Below, one piece after another: positions 30,552 to 40,121 of a stretch of DNA of 64,000 nucleotides (within the stretch, counting starts at the first letter, position 1; each line of letters opens with the position of its first letter). Location of the stretch: positions 5,766 to 69,765 of the forward strand of contig PDON01000067.1 in NCBI GenBank assembly GCA_002742935.1, written 5' to 3'. Made by a program: the position numbers and the translations under genes. The DNA comes from Candidatus Cloacimonadota bacterium. GTDB lineage: Bacteria > UBA4055. The notes beneath the pieces were generated by a model. That model made no database searches. It had not been told where the DNA came from and saw only the letters and a program-made list of their open reading frames with translations.

Positions 30552-31280
30552 TTGAGACTAACGACAGAAAGAGAGCATAAATCTATAATACCTCTTATTG
30601 ACCCCGATAAATGGGAAATGAACAATAAACTTTCAAATCTAATCAAAGCTATCAATAATTTGGATATAGAGTTTATCTTGGTTGGTAGCAGTCAACCGTT
30701 AAAAACAGATCTTGAAGCTTTCATATCATATCTAAAAAAAGATACCAAAATACCTATAGTTCTCTTTCCCTCAAGTCATAGAACATTAGCATCTAATTGC
30801 AACGGTATACTTTTTCTATCCCTTCTTAACAGTAGAGATCCTAAATATTTAATAGAAAATCATATAAAATCCGCCAAATTTATAAAGAATAGTGGAATGG
30901 ATATTTATTCAACAGCGTATATTCTGTTTGGTGATAAAAAAAGCTCTGTTGCAGTTCATAGCAATACAGAACCTTTAACTTATGGTAATAGAGAAGAGAT
31001 TGAATCCTATATATTGGCAGCTGAGTATCTGGGTATGGAAAATATCTATTTAGAAGCAGGTAGTGGCTCAGAAACTCATATCTCCTTAGATACTATAAAA
31101 GTTGCTAGAAAAACAACAAATCTTCCTATTGTTTGTGGCGGTGGTATTAAAAATTATAGTTCTGTAAAATCTATCTTTAACAGTGGAGCAAACTATATTG
31201 TTATTGGTAATCTTTTGGAGGAGGATGGTGGAACAGAGAAGTTTAGAGAGATTGTTAGACAGATAAAGAGAGAAAATTAA
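30552..31280 (+). CDS. geranylgeranylglyceryl/heptaprenylglyceryl phosphate synthase (PcrB family, group II-like)
   Basis: LIDPDK, PIVLFP, FLSLLNSRDP, YLEAGSG, GGGIK, IVIGN. Confidence 0.88.
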   Translation: MRLTTEREHKSIIPLIDPDKWEMNNKLSNLIKAINNLDIEFILVGSSQPLKTDLEAFISYLKKDTKIPIVLFPSSHRTLASNCNGILFLSLLNSRDPKYLIENHIKSAKFIKNSGMDIYSTAYILFGDKKSSVAVHSNTEPLTYGNREEIESYILAAEYLGMENIYLEAGSGSETHISLDTIKVARKTTNLPIVCGGGIKNYSSVKSIFNSGANYIVIGNLLEEDGGTEKFREIVRQIKREN

Positions 31281-31425
31281 GCAGGATCTACTTGACTTTA
31301 TTTACATCAGTATCTAAACTTTTGTTTCTTCTAAAAGTTTGAAGCCGAATAGACTGCTATTTTTTGAACTTTTACACAATTTATGGGGTAATTAATCCTT
31401 GAGAGAGTAAACTAGAGAGTATGAT

Positions 31426-32238
31426 ATGAATTTTTCAGTCCTAATGTCAGTATATTTTAAAGAGAAACCGGAGTATCTCGATAGAGCATTGGAAAGTTTG
31501 ATCCATCAATCATTACAACCTAATGAGATTGTACTTGTAAAGGATGGAACCTTGACTCCGGAATTGGATAGAGTAATCAATAGCTACCAAAATAAGTATC
31601 AATCTCTGTTTAAGATAATTTCCTATGAAAAAAATATGGGACTTGGTCATGCTCTTAGACTAGGGGTAGAAGAGTGTAGTAATAATATTATTGCTAGAAT
31701 GGATAGCGATGATATCTGCCATAAGGATAGATTTAAAGAGCAGATCTCCTTTTTAGAGAAAAACCCTGATATTGATATTGTTGGATCTTATATAACTGAA
31801 TTTGAGGGTGATGAGGATAATATAATCTTTTCCAGAATAACAAAGAGTTCCGATTCTAAAATTAAAAGAATGATGAGATATAGAAACCCTTTTAATCATA
31901 TGACTGTTATGTATAAAAAATCCTCTGTTATAAAAGCTGGAAACTATGAAGATGTTCTATATTTTGAGGATTACCATTTATGGATAAAGATGGCTCTAAA
32001 GGGCATGAAAATGGCAAATCTTCCTCTGTTTCTTGTTAATGCAAGATCCGGTTTAGATATGCTTTCCAGAAGAAAAGGTTTTACTTATATTGTTAGAGAG
32101 TATAGATTTTTAAAAAGGGGGTACAATCTTAAATTTTGGAATATATTTGATTTTATTTCTCTTTTAATAACAAGGGTTACTACAAGATTTTTGCCTAAAT
32201 TTCTTCTCATGAAACTGTATAATATTTTGAGAAATTAG
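31426..32238 (+). CDS. glycosyltransferase family 2 (AmsE-like)
   Basis: FSVLMSVY..EKPEYL, VLVKDG, ARMDSDDI, PFNHMTV, FEDYHLW. Confidence 0.93.
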   Translation: MNFSVLMSVYFKEKPEYLDRALESLIHQSLQPNEIVLVKDGTLTPELDRVINSYQNKYQSLFKIISYEKNMGLGHALRLGVEECSNNIIARMDSDDICHKDRFKEQISFLEKNPDIDIVGSYITEFEGDEDNIIFSRITKSSDSKIKRMMRYRNPFNHMTVMYKKSSVIKAGNYEDVLYFEDYHLWIKMALKGMKMANLPLFLVNARSGLDMLSRRKGFTYIVREYRFLKRGYNLKFWNIFDFISLLITRVTTRFLPKFLLMKLYNILRN

Positions 32239-32271
32239 TATCTAATCCAATAAAACTAAACAGAGAATAAG

Positions 32272-33186
32272 TTGACGAGACTCCTTATATTTATTACTAT
32301 ATTCAGCTTCCTTTTTAGTTGTGATATATTTGAAAGAGTTGAAACCTTAGAAATTTTGGATATTAAAACCTATGATGGAAGTGGACAAGCGGTTCACCCC
32401 GATATTTTTACAGAGGACAATAAAATCTACTTAGCATTTACACCATTTAAATATTCAGATAATAAGCTTGAAAACCCCTCTCTTTTAATCTCCTCTAACG
32501 GAGAAGATTTTCACGGTATAGAAGGTTTATCAAATCCAATAGTGCCTCCTCTATCAGGAAAAGGGTATAATAACGATCCTGATATTTTCAAAAAAGGTGA
32601 TAAGTATTGTATAATCTATAATGAAACATATATTGGTAACTATCAATTATTGAATCTCTTAGAATCAAAAGACCTTGTAAACTGGAGTAAATCTACTATT
32701 GATACCATTAATCTTAAACTTGAAAATATAAAGGTGTCTCCGGCATTTGCTAAAAACGACTCCTTATTTCTCTTTGAGGTTGAAGCTTCAGAGAAAAATA
32801 GAGTAGTTTATAGGAATATTAAAAATAGTTTCTCTCTCTCTCCCTATAGTGAAGCTATTTTTAATAGAGACCTTGATTTTGAGCCTTGGCACATTGATGT
32901 AATAGAGGGAAGTTCTTACCATTATATGATTATATCGGGTATTAGTATTGACTTTAATTATCAAGATCTCTATATAGCAAGGAGTGAAGATCTTAAACAT
33001 TGGGAAATTGCTTCTAACCCTATTTTAGAGGCTAATTGTTTAATGGATAACTCTCGAAAGCTTTATAGATCTTCAGGATATTTTGAGAAGGGCAGTTTAC
33101 ATCTGTACATCTCTCTGGAAACCTATGATAATGAGTGGCTTATAGCTTATAAAGAGATAAAGGATTACGACAATTTTTTTAAGTAA
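32272..33186 (+). CDS. lipoprotein with 5-bladed propeller glycoside-hydrolase-like repeats
   Basis: Lipobox LFSC, TYDGSGQAVHPDI, ENPSL, NNDPDI, SKDLVNWS, PWHIDV, SEDLKHW, LYRSS. Confidence 0.7.
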   Translation: MTRLLIFITIFSFLFSCDIFERVETLEILDIKTYDGSGQAVHPDIFTEDNKIYLAFTPFKYSDNKLENPSLLISSNGEDFHGIEGLSNPIVPPLSGKGYNNDPDIFKKGDKYCIIYNETYIGNYQLLNLLESKDLVNWSKSTIDTINLKLENIKVSPAFAKNDSLFLFEVEASEKNRVVYRNIKNSFSLSPYSEAIFNRDLDFEPWHIDVIEGSSYHYMIISGISIDFNYQDLYIARSEDLKHWEIASNPILEANCLMDNSRKLYRSSGYFEKGSLHLYISLETYDNEWLIAYKEIKDYDNFFK

Positions 33187-33994
33187 AACTATAAATATTA
33201 TTCTTCTTTTTGTAACTCCTTCTCTATGGAGTTCCACCTCATTTTATACATCTTTTGATAGAAACTACTATGTTGAAAAAAAGAGAGTTGGCAGCTGTTT
33301 TACATACAGTTTGGGTAATACTCCTAAAAGTTTTATCTATTTTAAATGCAAAGAGAATCTTTCAATATACAGTGAATATTTTAAAGAGAAGAGGATAAAA
33401 GAGTACTATTGGAATCTTAAAAATAGTTTGAGCCTTTCATTAAAGAGTGAATTTTTTTCAAACCTTGTTAAAGGAGAGATCTATTATAGATCTGAAATTG
33501 ATGGTAAAGATAAGAAGTTTTTTTTTCAAGATAGCTTGATAACCTCTCTTTCCATTCAGAAGTCTGTTGACAAAATAGATAGATACATTAAAACAAACTT
33601 TCCAAAACTTAGCAATTTTTACTATGTTGAACTTACGCAACTTTTAAGTAATGAAGATCCATTTTTTACTATTTTTTCAACCTACCCTGTTTCAAATAGC
33701 TTTATTATCTCTTCAAAGCTAACCCTCTTTAGAAAACGGATTAACTATTTCTATACAGATAGTGATATATCCATTTTTACAACAGGAAGTATAAACTTCT
33801 TTGATATAAGTTGTTTAATCCACACCGAATATGGCTATGATATACTTAATAGTGCCATCTATAACAGACTGTCTGCTATTTTTATTAGAGATTTGGACTA
33901 TTTTGATTTAATTTTGGAAAGTTCTATAGATATTAGGGATTATAAAACAAGAAACTTTAGAGCTGTATTTAAGTTTTCTTTGGGGTTGAAATGA
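33173..33994 (+). CDS. hypothetical exported/outer-membrane protein, start possibly ATT at 33173 (track start TTG 33311)
   Basis: Frame is open 46 codons upstream of the TTG and encodes a signal-peptide-like FLSKTINIILLFVTPSLWS. Beta-strand-like C-terminus. Confidence 0.5.
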   Translation: MFLSKTINIILLFVTPSLWSSTSFYTSFDRNYYVEKKRVGSCFTYSLGNTPKSFIYFKCKENLSIYSEYFKEKRIKEYYWNLKNSLSLSLKSEFFSNLVKGEIYYRSEIDGKDKKFFFQDSLITSLSIQKSVDKIDRYIKTNFPKLSNFYYVELTQLLSNEDPFFTIFSTYPVSNSFIISSKLTLFRKRINYFYTDSDISIFTTGSINFFDISCLIHTEYGYDILNSAIYNRLSAIFIRDLDYFDLILESSIDIRDYKTRNFRAVFKFSLGLK

Positions 33995-35103
33995 GAGGAA
34001 AAATAAAAATTGTTTATATAATATCAACACTTGCCAATGTTGGACCGGTAATTGTCCTTGATAATCTTATCAAATCTATTTCTAAATATGAAGAGTTTGA
34101 GCTTTATGTAATAACTCTCTCAAATGAGCCTGAAGATAGTTTAATTAATAGTATAAGAGAGTATTCAAAAATTATTCAATTAAAACTAAGTAGATTTAAA
34201 GCAATATTTTCTGCAAAATATGAGATAGTAAAAATTTTAAAAGATATAGATCCTCACATTATTCACTCTCATGGATTTAGAGGAGATATAATAGCTTCAT
34301 CCATTAAAAGAGATTTTAATAAAATCAAAACTATATCTACAATACACAATATAATGTTTGAAGATTATAGATATAGCTACCCACCAATTCTGAATAGATA
34401 TTTTATCTACCTTCATATAAAAGCTTTAAAATCTATAGATCTCAATGTAATGATCTCTGAAGATCAACAAGTAAAGTATAGAAACTATCCATTAAGCACT
34501 ATTGTAATCAATAACTCTATAGATGATACCATATTCAATCGTTCTAAATCTAATTTTGAAAATAGTAGTAAAATAGTCTTTATTTTTGCAGGTAATTTGA
34601 CCCCTCTTAAAGACCCCTTAACTATAGTTCGGGCTTTTAAGGAATCATCAGTACACAAAAAATCTCTCCTATATATCTTAGGTGATGGGGTGCTTATGAG
34701 CGAGATAAAAGAGGAGGCCAAAGGTTATGAAAATATTAGGATTATGGGAAGGGTTAACTGTATTGAAAACTACTATAAAATAGCTGATTATTTTGTAAGT
34801 GGTTCAAAAAGTGAGGGTTTTGGTCTTGTATTAGCAGAAAGTATGGGGTGTGGAGTTTCCCCCATTCTTACTAAATTAGGAAGTTTTAGTGAAATATTAT
34901 CCGTTTCAAATAATAAAAAGTTTGCTAAGTTTTTTGAAAATAAAGAGCAGTTGGTAGATATTTTTAACTCTATTGAAGATAAAGTTGATACAACTACTAG
35001 AGAGGAGATTTCACGAAATTGCTTGGAAAAGTTTGGTAATAAAATATTTGGTGAAAGTTATAGAAAAGTATACATAAATCTTCTTGGTTTGGAGGAATAT
35101 TAG
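33991..35103 (+). CDS. glycosyltransferase family 4
   Basis: IIHSHGFRGD, STIHN, VINNSID, FAGNLTPLK, SEGFGLVLAESMGCG. Confidence 0.93.
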   Translation: MRGKIKIVYIISTLANVGPVIVLDNLIKSISKYEEFELYVITLSNEPEDSLINSIREYSKIIQLKLSRFKAIFSAKYEIVKILKDIDPHIIHSHGFRGDIIASSIKRDFNKIKTISTIHNIMFEDYRYSYPPILNRYFIYLHIKALKSIDLNVMISEDQQVKYRNYPLSTIVINNSIDDTIFNRSKSNFENSSKIVFIFAGNLTPLKDPLTIVRAFKESSVHKKSLLYILGDGVLMSEIKEEAKGYENIRIMGRVNCIENYYKIADYFVSGSKSEGFGLVLAESMGCGVSPILTKLGSFSEILSVSNNKKFAKFFENKEQLVDIFNSIEDKVDTTTREEISRNCLEKFGNKIFGESYRKVYINLLGLEEY

Positions 35104-35154
35104 GATGGTAAATCGGTTTGGGAATAATATAACCTTAACATTTTTCAGTAGGTC

Positions 35155-35865
35155 CTACCTAACACCAATGTTAAATAATCTTGGAATCATCTCAAACCAA
35201 TACAGATCTTCATATCTAATAACTTTGAGTTCGGAACTATCAGGATAAACAGTTTTTAACCAACCAAGCTCTTTGTTGTAGAAACTACTATGTCTGTTAT
35301 AGAGAAGAAAATCATCAATATTTTTATTTTTTAGCTCTCTAATTTTAGATGAGCTTAAATATCTGTCTATTTGGATAACAGCATACTTTTTATCTCCAAC
35401 AACTAAAGAATCATCTTTAATATACTCACTTAGAATTCCTAAACTATCATCGCTCCACTGATCCCCCAAATTTAAAGGAAAGATAAAAGCTGTAAAAGGT
35501 GTTACTTTACCTTTTTTACCCAAAATTGTAGCGAAAGGGATATCCTTACTATACTCTTCAACTCTAAAATTATGGAATTGATAGTAAGATATTAAAGAAT
35601 CATTCAACTCTTTATAAATTCCGTTTCTTCTCTTCCAAGCAACAAACTTATCTTTGGATTTTAATATGAGATTTGTTGTATCAATAGTAATGGGATTTTT
35701 ATACTCAACCAGTAAAGAGATATTCTCTTCTCTGTTTATATAAGGAAACCTCTTTTTTATACCCTTATCAGTTATGTAGTAGATTGAAAGGATAAACAGA
35801 AATATGAGTAAAGTTCCAAATGGAGTTGGTCTTCCGGGAAAGTATTTACTTCTTTTGAATAACAT
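35155..35865 (-). CDS. hypothetical membrane-anchored protein
   Basis: 236-aa ORF with one N-terminal TM, downstream of the sulfatase-like gene. Confidence 0.6.
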   Translation of the reverse strand: MLFKRSKYFPGRPTPFGTLLIFLFILSIYYITDKGIKKRFPYINREENISLLVEYKNPITIDTTNLILKSKDKFVAWKRRNGIYKELNDSLISYYQFHNFRVEEYSKDIPFATILGKKGKVTPFTAFIFPLNLGDQWSDDSLGILSEYIKDDSLVVGDKKYAVIQIDRYLSSSKIRELKNKNIDDFLLYNRHSSFYNKELGWLKTVYPDSSELKVIRYEDLYWFEMIPRLFNIGVR

Positions 35866-35871
35866 AAAGTT

Positions 35872-37677
35872 TTATATATCCAGAATCGTGTATCCGTTAA
35901 CCACTTTAAACCCATACCTTTCGGTGACTATCTCTCTATAATTTTTAATCATAAATTCAAGAGTTTTTCTTTTCTTTTCAGATATATCATCTCTCTGAAA
36001 AGGATCTTTTTTTATATTGTATAACTTATACTCAACACCTTTTAAGGAAGGGTATATATCTAGTTTAAAGTTTCCTCTTATATAGCTACTCCTACTAAAT
36101 TTGAGATACTCTTTTAAGATAGTATTACTATTTGCTTTGCTTAAATATCTAAACCTCTCTTTAAATGCATCAAAATTCTCTCTAACTAATATTTCCTGTT
36201 TTACAAAAACAGAATCAAATATAGATGTACAATCAAGATTATTTTCATCTATTGCCATATCAACATCTACAAAGTCTAAAATATTTTTATAGATATCCAT
36301 TGTAGAGTAGTTATTTTTTACTTTTCGTGGTTTTGAATCTTTTTTATACAGAAATAAAGGGTGTTTAATATCTTCAAACTTTAGAGAACTGTTTTCTCTC
36401 TTATAACCTCTGATAGCTATAATACTGTTTTCCAGATCATTATTATCTTTTAATATTTTAAATAGTTGCCCCAACTCATCATCAATCATTTTATGATATA
36501 TAAAATTTATATTCTTACTAGATTTAGAGATTTGTTGATAATAGGGATATCTGTTTACAGAACTTTTTTCAATATCTAAAACTAAATTAAACTCTTCTCT
36601 ATTTTTTACAATTTCGGATATTTTGTCAAATTTATACTCTGAAGAGATATATCCGTTAACAAACCTGAGTTCCGGAAATAGATCAATGGTTAAAAAGTTG
36701 TTTAGAAAAGAGAGAAGGAGTGGATGGAACTTTATCATTCTAGATTTAATTGAAAGCTTTATAATATCATCTTCTGATATATTATTTGAGTAATTTGTAA
36801 GCTTTGCACTATTGGGATAATCAAATGTTTTACACCCAACCTCTTCTAATTTATCAATTATATAGTTTTTATCCTTTAAAACAGATTGATATTGAAATTT
36901 TTTATCATAAAATTGTAAAGACCTTTGGGGAGATTGTAGATTATAGATAGACTTTTTACTTAATTTTAGACTGTTTGAGCTTGTTATAAAATTTTTAAAC
37001 AGTATGGAATGAAGGTATATCTCCTGTATATTTGCCAGAGTTTCACTATACCTTTCCCCCATAAATTTTGTGTCAAAATCCTCTATAGAGATCAAAACTA
37101 TTTTAGGTTCATTATTACTTCCATTTAAATATCCGTAGTTGAATAGTGTAAAGAAGATCAGTAGTAAAGATGGTAGAGACAGAGTGATAAGCTTTGTCTT
37201 TATTAGATCATTTATATTCTTATAGATCCTAAACAAAATTATTATGATTATAAAAAATATAAGTGAGCTAAAGTAAATAGGAGAAAAATTGTATATAAAA
37301 AAGTTAAAGAATTTAGATATAGATGAATCTTTAGGTAGATTATATAGTGTTGGAGAGTTTATAACCTCTCTTGTAATTAGAAGAAAATCAAAGAAAAGTG
37401 TAAATAGTAATGACTTTATAAAGTAGCCTAAATATTTATTATCCCTTTTTTCAAACTCTCTGGGTTTAAAGGAGTGTTTAAAAAGCAAGATTGATGACGA
37501 TACGGAAAGAAGTGTTAAAACAGAGTAGATTCCAAAGAGTATAAAACTATACTTTAGAAAGCAGTAAAAGTATTCATCTGCAACAAAATAGTTTGATTTA
37601 AAAAATAGGAACCCAATTATAAAGAGGATTAGATTAACAATAGATGACGGCAATGAGTATTTAATAAAATTGAACAA
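35872..37677 (-). CDS. membrane protein with degenerate sulfatase/alkaline-phosphatase-like domain
   Basis: About 5 N-terminal TMs, then PKIVLISIED, IDDELGQL..LK...LENSII, HPLFL, STMDIYKNILD, LYNIKKDPFQ. Confidence 0.65.
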   Translation of the reverse strand: MFNFIKYSLPSSIVNLILFIIGFLFFKSNYFVADEYFYCFLKYSFILFGIYSVLTLLSVSSSILLFKHSFKPREFEKRDNKYLGYFIKSLLFTLFFDFLLITREVINSPTLYNLPKDSSISKFFNFFIYNFSPIYFSSLIFFIIIIILFRIYKNINDLIKTKLITLSLPSLLLIFFTLFNYGYLNGSNNEPKIVLISIEDFDTKFMGERYSETLANIQEIYLHSILFKNFITSSNSLKLSKKSIYNLQSPQRSLQFYDKKFQYQSVLKDKNYIIDKLEEVGCKTFDYPNSAKLTNYSNNISEDDIIKLSIKSRMIKFHPLLLSFLNNFLTIDLFPELRFVNGYISSEYKFDKISEIVKNREEFNLVLDIEKSSVNRYPYYQQISKSSKNINFIYHKMIDDELGQLFKILKDNNDLENSIIAIRGYKRENSSLKFEDIKHPLFLYKKDSKPRKVKNNYSTMDIYKNILDFVDVDMAIDENNLDCTSIFDSVFVKQEILVRENFDAFKERFRYLSKANSNTILKEYLKFSRSSYIRGNFKLDIYPSLKGVEYKLYNIKKDPFQRDDISEKKRKTLEFMIKNYREIVTERYGFKVVNGYTILDI

Positions 37678-37751
37678 TATTTAAACCTCTCTAATGCAGT
37701 TTACTTTTAAGGTTTCTCCCTAAGAAAACTATGACTCTTTTCAATAATTTT

Positions 37752-38756
37752 TTAAGCTTCTATCATATTAAATTGAACCAATCTATTGTATAAAGCCTCT
37801 TTTGCAATGGGAACAATACCAAGATCTTCCACAACAACGGAAGCTGCATAGTTTGCCAAAGTTGAGGCATCAAAAAATTCTAAACCTCCGGTAAAAGCTG
37901 TAACCAGTGTGGCTATAACGGTATCTCCGGCTCCCGAAACATTTGCAACCTTTAAAGCTTTTGTCGGTATTATTTTCATTCTGTTTTCAGGTGTAAATAG
38001 AGCCATACCTCTTTCGGAAAGAGTAATGATAAGATACTCAATTTTCAATCTGCTTATAATCTCTAGTCCTGCTTTTTCTATATCGGAATCTGTTTCAATT
38101 GTTTTATTTAAGATCACTTCTGCCTCTTTCAGATTTGGCTTAAAGATTGTTGCCCCCTCATAACAATCAATATTATCAAATTTTGGATCAATGGCAATAA
38201 TCTTATTTTTTTCTCTTGAAATAGCTATAACCTCTCTTATAACCCTGGGAGTTAAAACACCCTTGTTATAATCCTCAATAATAACGGCATCTATAGAATC
38301 TATACTTTCCCTAAATCTATCAATAAGCATATCTTCAAGATCTTTATCTATATAATCCTTAATCTCTTTATCATACCTTACAACATGTTGTCCTGCTGCT
38401 AAAACTCTGGCTTTTGTTGTTGTAGATCTACAGCTAGAAACAACAATACCTCTTGAATCTATTCCCATATTTTTAAATGATTCTAAAAGCTCTTCACCCG
38501 TTCTATCACTACCAATAATCCCAAACATAATAGCTTTAGCTCCCAAGGATTTTATGTTTAGAGCAACATTTGCAGCTCCTCCGGGTTTTATCTCCTCTTT
38601 ATATATATCTACAACAGGAACAGGAGCCTCAGGAGAGATCCTATTAGTCTTACCCCAAAAATATATATCAACCATTATATCACCAACAACGGCAATCCTC
38701 TTATTATCTATATTTTCATAAAATGAATCTATCTTATTCTTATCTATTTTTCTCAT
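37752..38756 (-). CDS. rfaE1: D-glycero-beta-D-manno-heptose-7-phosphate kinase (RfaE domain I, PfkB family)
   Basis: VVGDIMVD, RISPEAPVPV, GGAANVA, DYNKG, KPNLKEA, SGAGDTV. Confidence 0.93.
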   Translation of the reverse strand: MRKIDKNKIDSFYENIDNKRIAVVGDIMVDIYFWGKTNRISPEAPVPVVDIYKEEIKPGGAANVALNIKSLGAKAIMFGIIGSDRTGEELLESFKNMGIDSRGIVVSSCRSTTTKARVLAAGQHVVRYDKEIKDYIDKDLEDMLIDRFRESIDSIDAVIIEDYNKGVLTPRVIREVIAISREKNKIIAIDPKFDNIDCYEGATIFKPNLKEAEVILNKTIETDSDIEKAGLEIISRLKIEYLIITLSERGMALFTPENRMKIIPTKALKVANVSGAGDTVIATLVTAFTGGLEFFDASTLANYAASVVVEDLGIVPIAKEALYNRLVQFNMIEA

Positions 38757-40120
38757 TATTGCTCTCTGTTAAAAATTTTATCAGGATTTATCAAATAGCT
38801 TGAATCAAAGGATTTTTTTACAGATCTCATAACGGAGATCTCTTTTTTACCATATTGCATGGGAAGGAATCTTTTTTTTGCCAGACCAACTCCATGTTCT
38901 CCGGTTATGGATCCACCAAGAAGGATTGCTTTCTTAAATATTTTTTCAGCTATACCGGAAGCTTTTTCAACCTCTTTACTTCTCTTTTTATCGTAGAGAA
39001 TATTTACATGAAGATTGCCATCTCCCGCATGACCATAGATAGGTATTCTCATATTGAGAGTTTTTGATATCCCTCTTATAAAAAGGATCATCTCCTTAAA
39101 CTTTGTGATAGGAATAACAATATCCTCGTTCATCTTGTTTGGTGCTAACATTCTTACAGCAGGAGATATTGATCTCCTGATTGTATTTAATCTGTTTTTC
39201 TCCTCTTCTTCACAGGATGATTTAAAATTAACTCCTCTCTTTTTAAGAAGATTCTGGAGCTTTTTATCTCTTTCATAGATCTCTGCTGCATAGTTTCCGT
39301 CAACCTCAATTAAGAGGATAGAGTTTGTTCCTTCGGGTGTCTCAATAGGTTTAAACATTGTTACAGCTTCAAAAGCAGATTCATCAATAATCTCAATAAC
39401 CGAAGGTGAGATTCCCTCCTTTTTCATTTCAACAACAAGATCTACCCCCTGCTCAAAGCTTTTTAGGTATACCAAAAAGAGTTTAGAAGCTATGGGAATA
39501 TCTATAAGATCAAGCTCAATCTCATACACTATACCCAAAGTCCCCTCAGATCCAATAAGCAGAGATCCCAATGGATTATACTCTTTTGCCAGGGATCCTG
39601 TAGCCATATCGTTTCCGTCTGCATCAATGTATCTAAACCCTTTAATATAACGGGAAACTACACCATATTTTACACAGTGAAGTCCTCCGGCATTTTCAGA
39701 AAGATTACCACCAATAGAAGATATTTTATAACTTGAAGGATCAGGGGGAAAATAAAAGCCCTCTTTTTCAACATATTTTTGAATGTCTGCCGTAATAGCA
39801 CCTACACCAACAATAATAGATCTGCTTATTCTGTTTACCTTTCCAATGGAATCCATTTTCTCAAAATTTAGCACTATTCCACCACGAATGGCAACAGTTC
39901 CTCCACTCATACCTGTTCCACTACCTCTAGGTATGATAGGCAAGTTGTTTGCCTTTGCAAATCTAACAGCTTCAATAATCTCCTCTTTGGACTCTACATT
40001 TATAACAATATCAGGCATTCCGTCAAATCTTGTTGTATCTGTTCTGTAGATGTACCTATCCTCTATGGAAAGAAAACATTTTTCCTTGCCTATAACCTCT
40101 ATTAGTGGCAAAAAGTTCAT
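38756..40120 (-). CDS. FAD-linked oxidase, GlcD/D-2-hydroxyacid dehydrogenase family
   Basis: PRGSGTGMSGG, FPPDPSS, NAGGLHCVKYG, GSEGTLG, GHAGDGNLH, GEHGVG, INPDKI. Confidence 0.9.
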   Translation of the reverse strand: MNFLPLIEVIGKEKCFLSIEDRYIYRTDTTRFDGMPDIVINVESKEEIIEAVRFAKANNLPIIPRGSGTGMSGGTVAIRGGIVLNFEKMDSIGKVNRISRSIIVGVGAITADIQKYVEKEGFYFPPDPSSYKISSIGGNLSENAGGLHCVKYGVVSRYIKGFRYIDADGNDMATGSLAKEYNPLGSLLIGSEGTLGIVYEIELDLIDIPIASKLFLVYLKSFEQGVDLVVEMKKEGISPSVIEIIDESAFEAVTMFKPIETPEGTNSILLIEVDGNYAAEIYERDKKLQNLLKKRGVNFKSSCEEEEKNRLNTIRRSISPAVRMLAPNKMNEDIVIPITKFKEMILFIRGISKTLNMRIPIYGHAGDGNLHVNILYDKKRSKEVEKASGIAEKIFKKAILLGGSITGEHGVGLAKKRFLPMQYGKKEISVMRSVKKSFDSSYLINPDKIFNREQ

Positions 40121-40121
40121 T

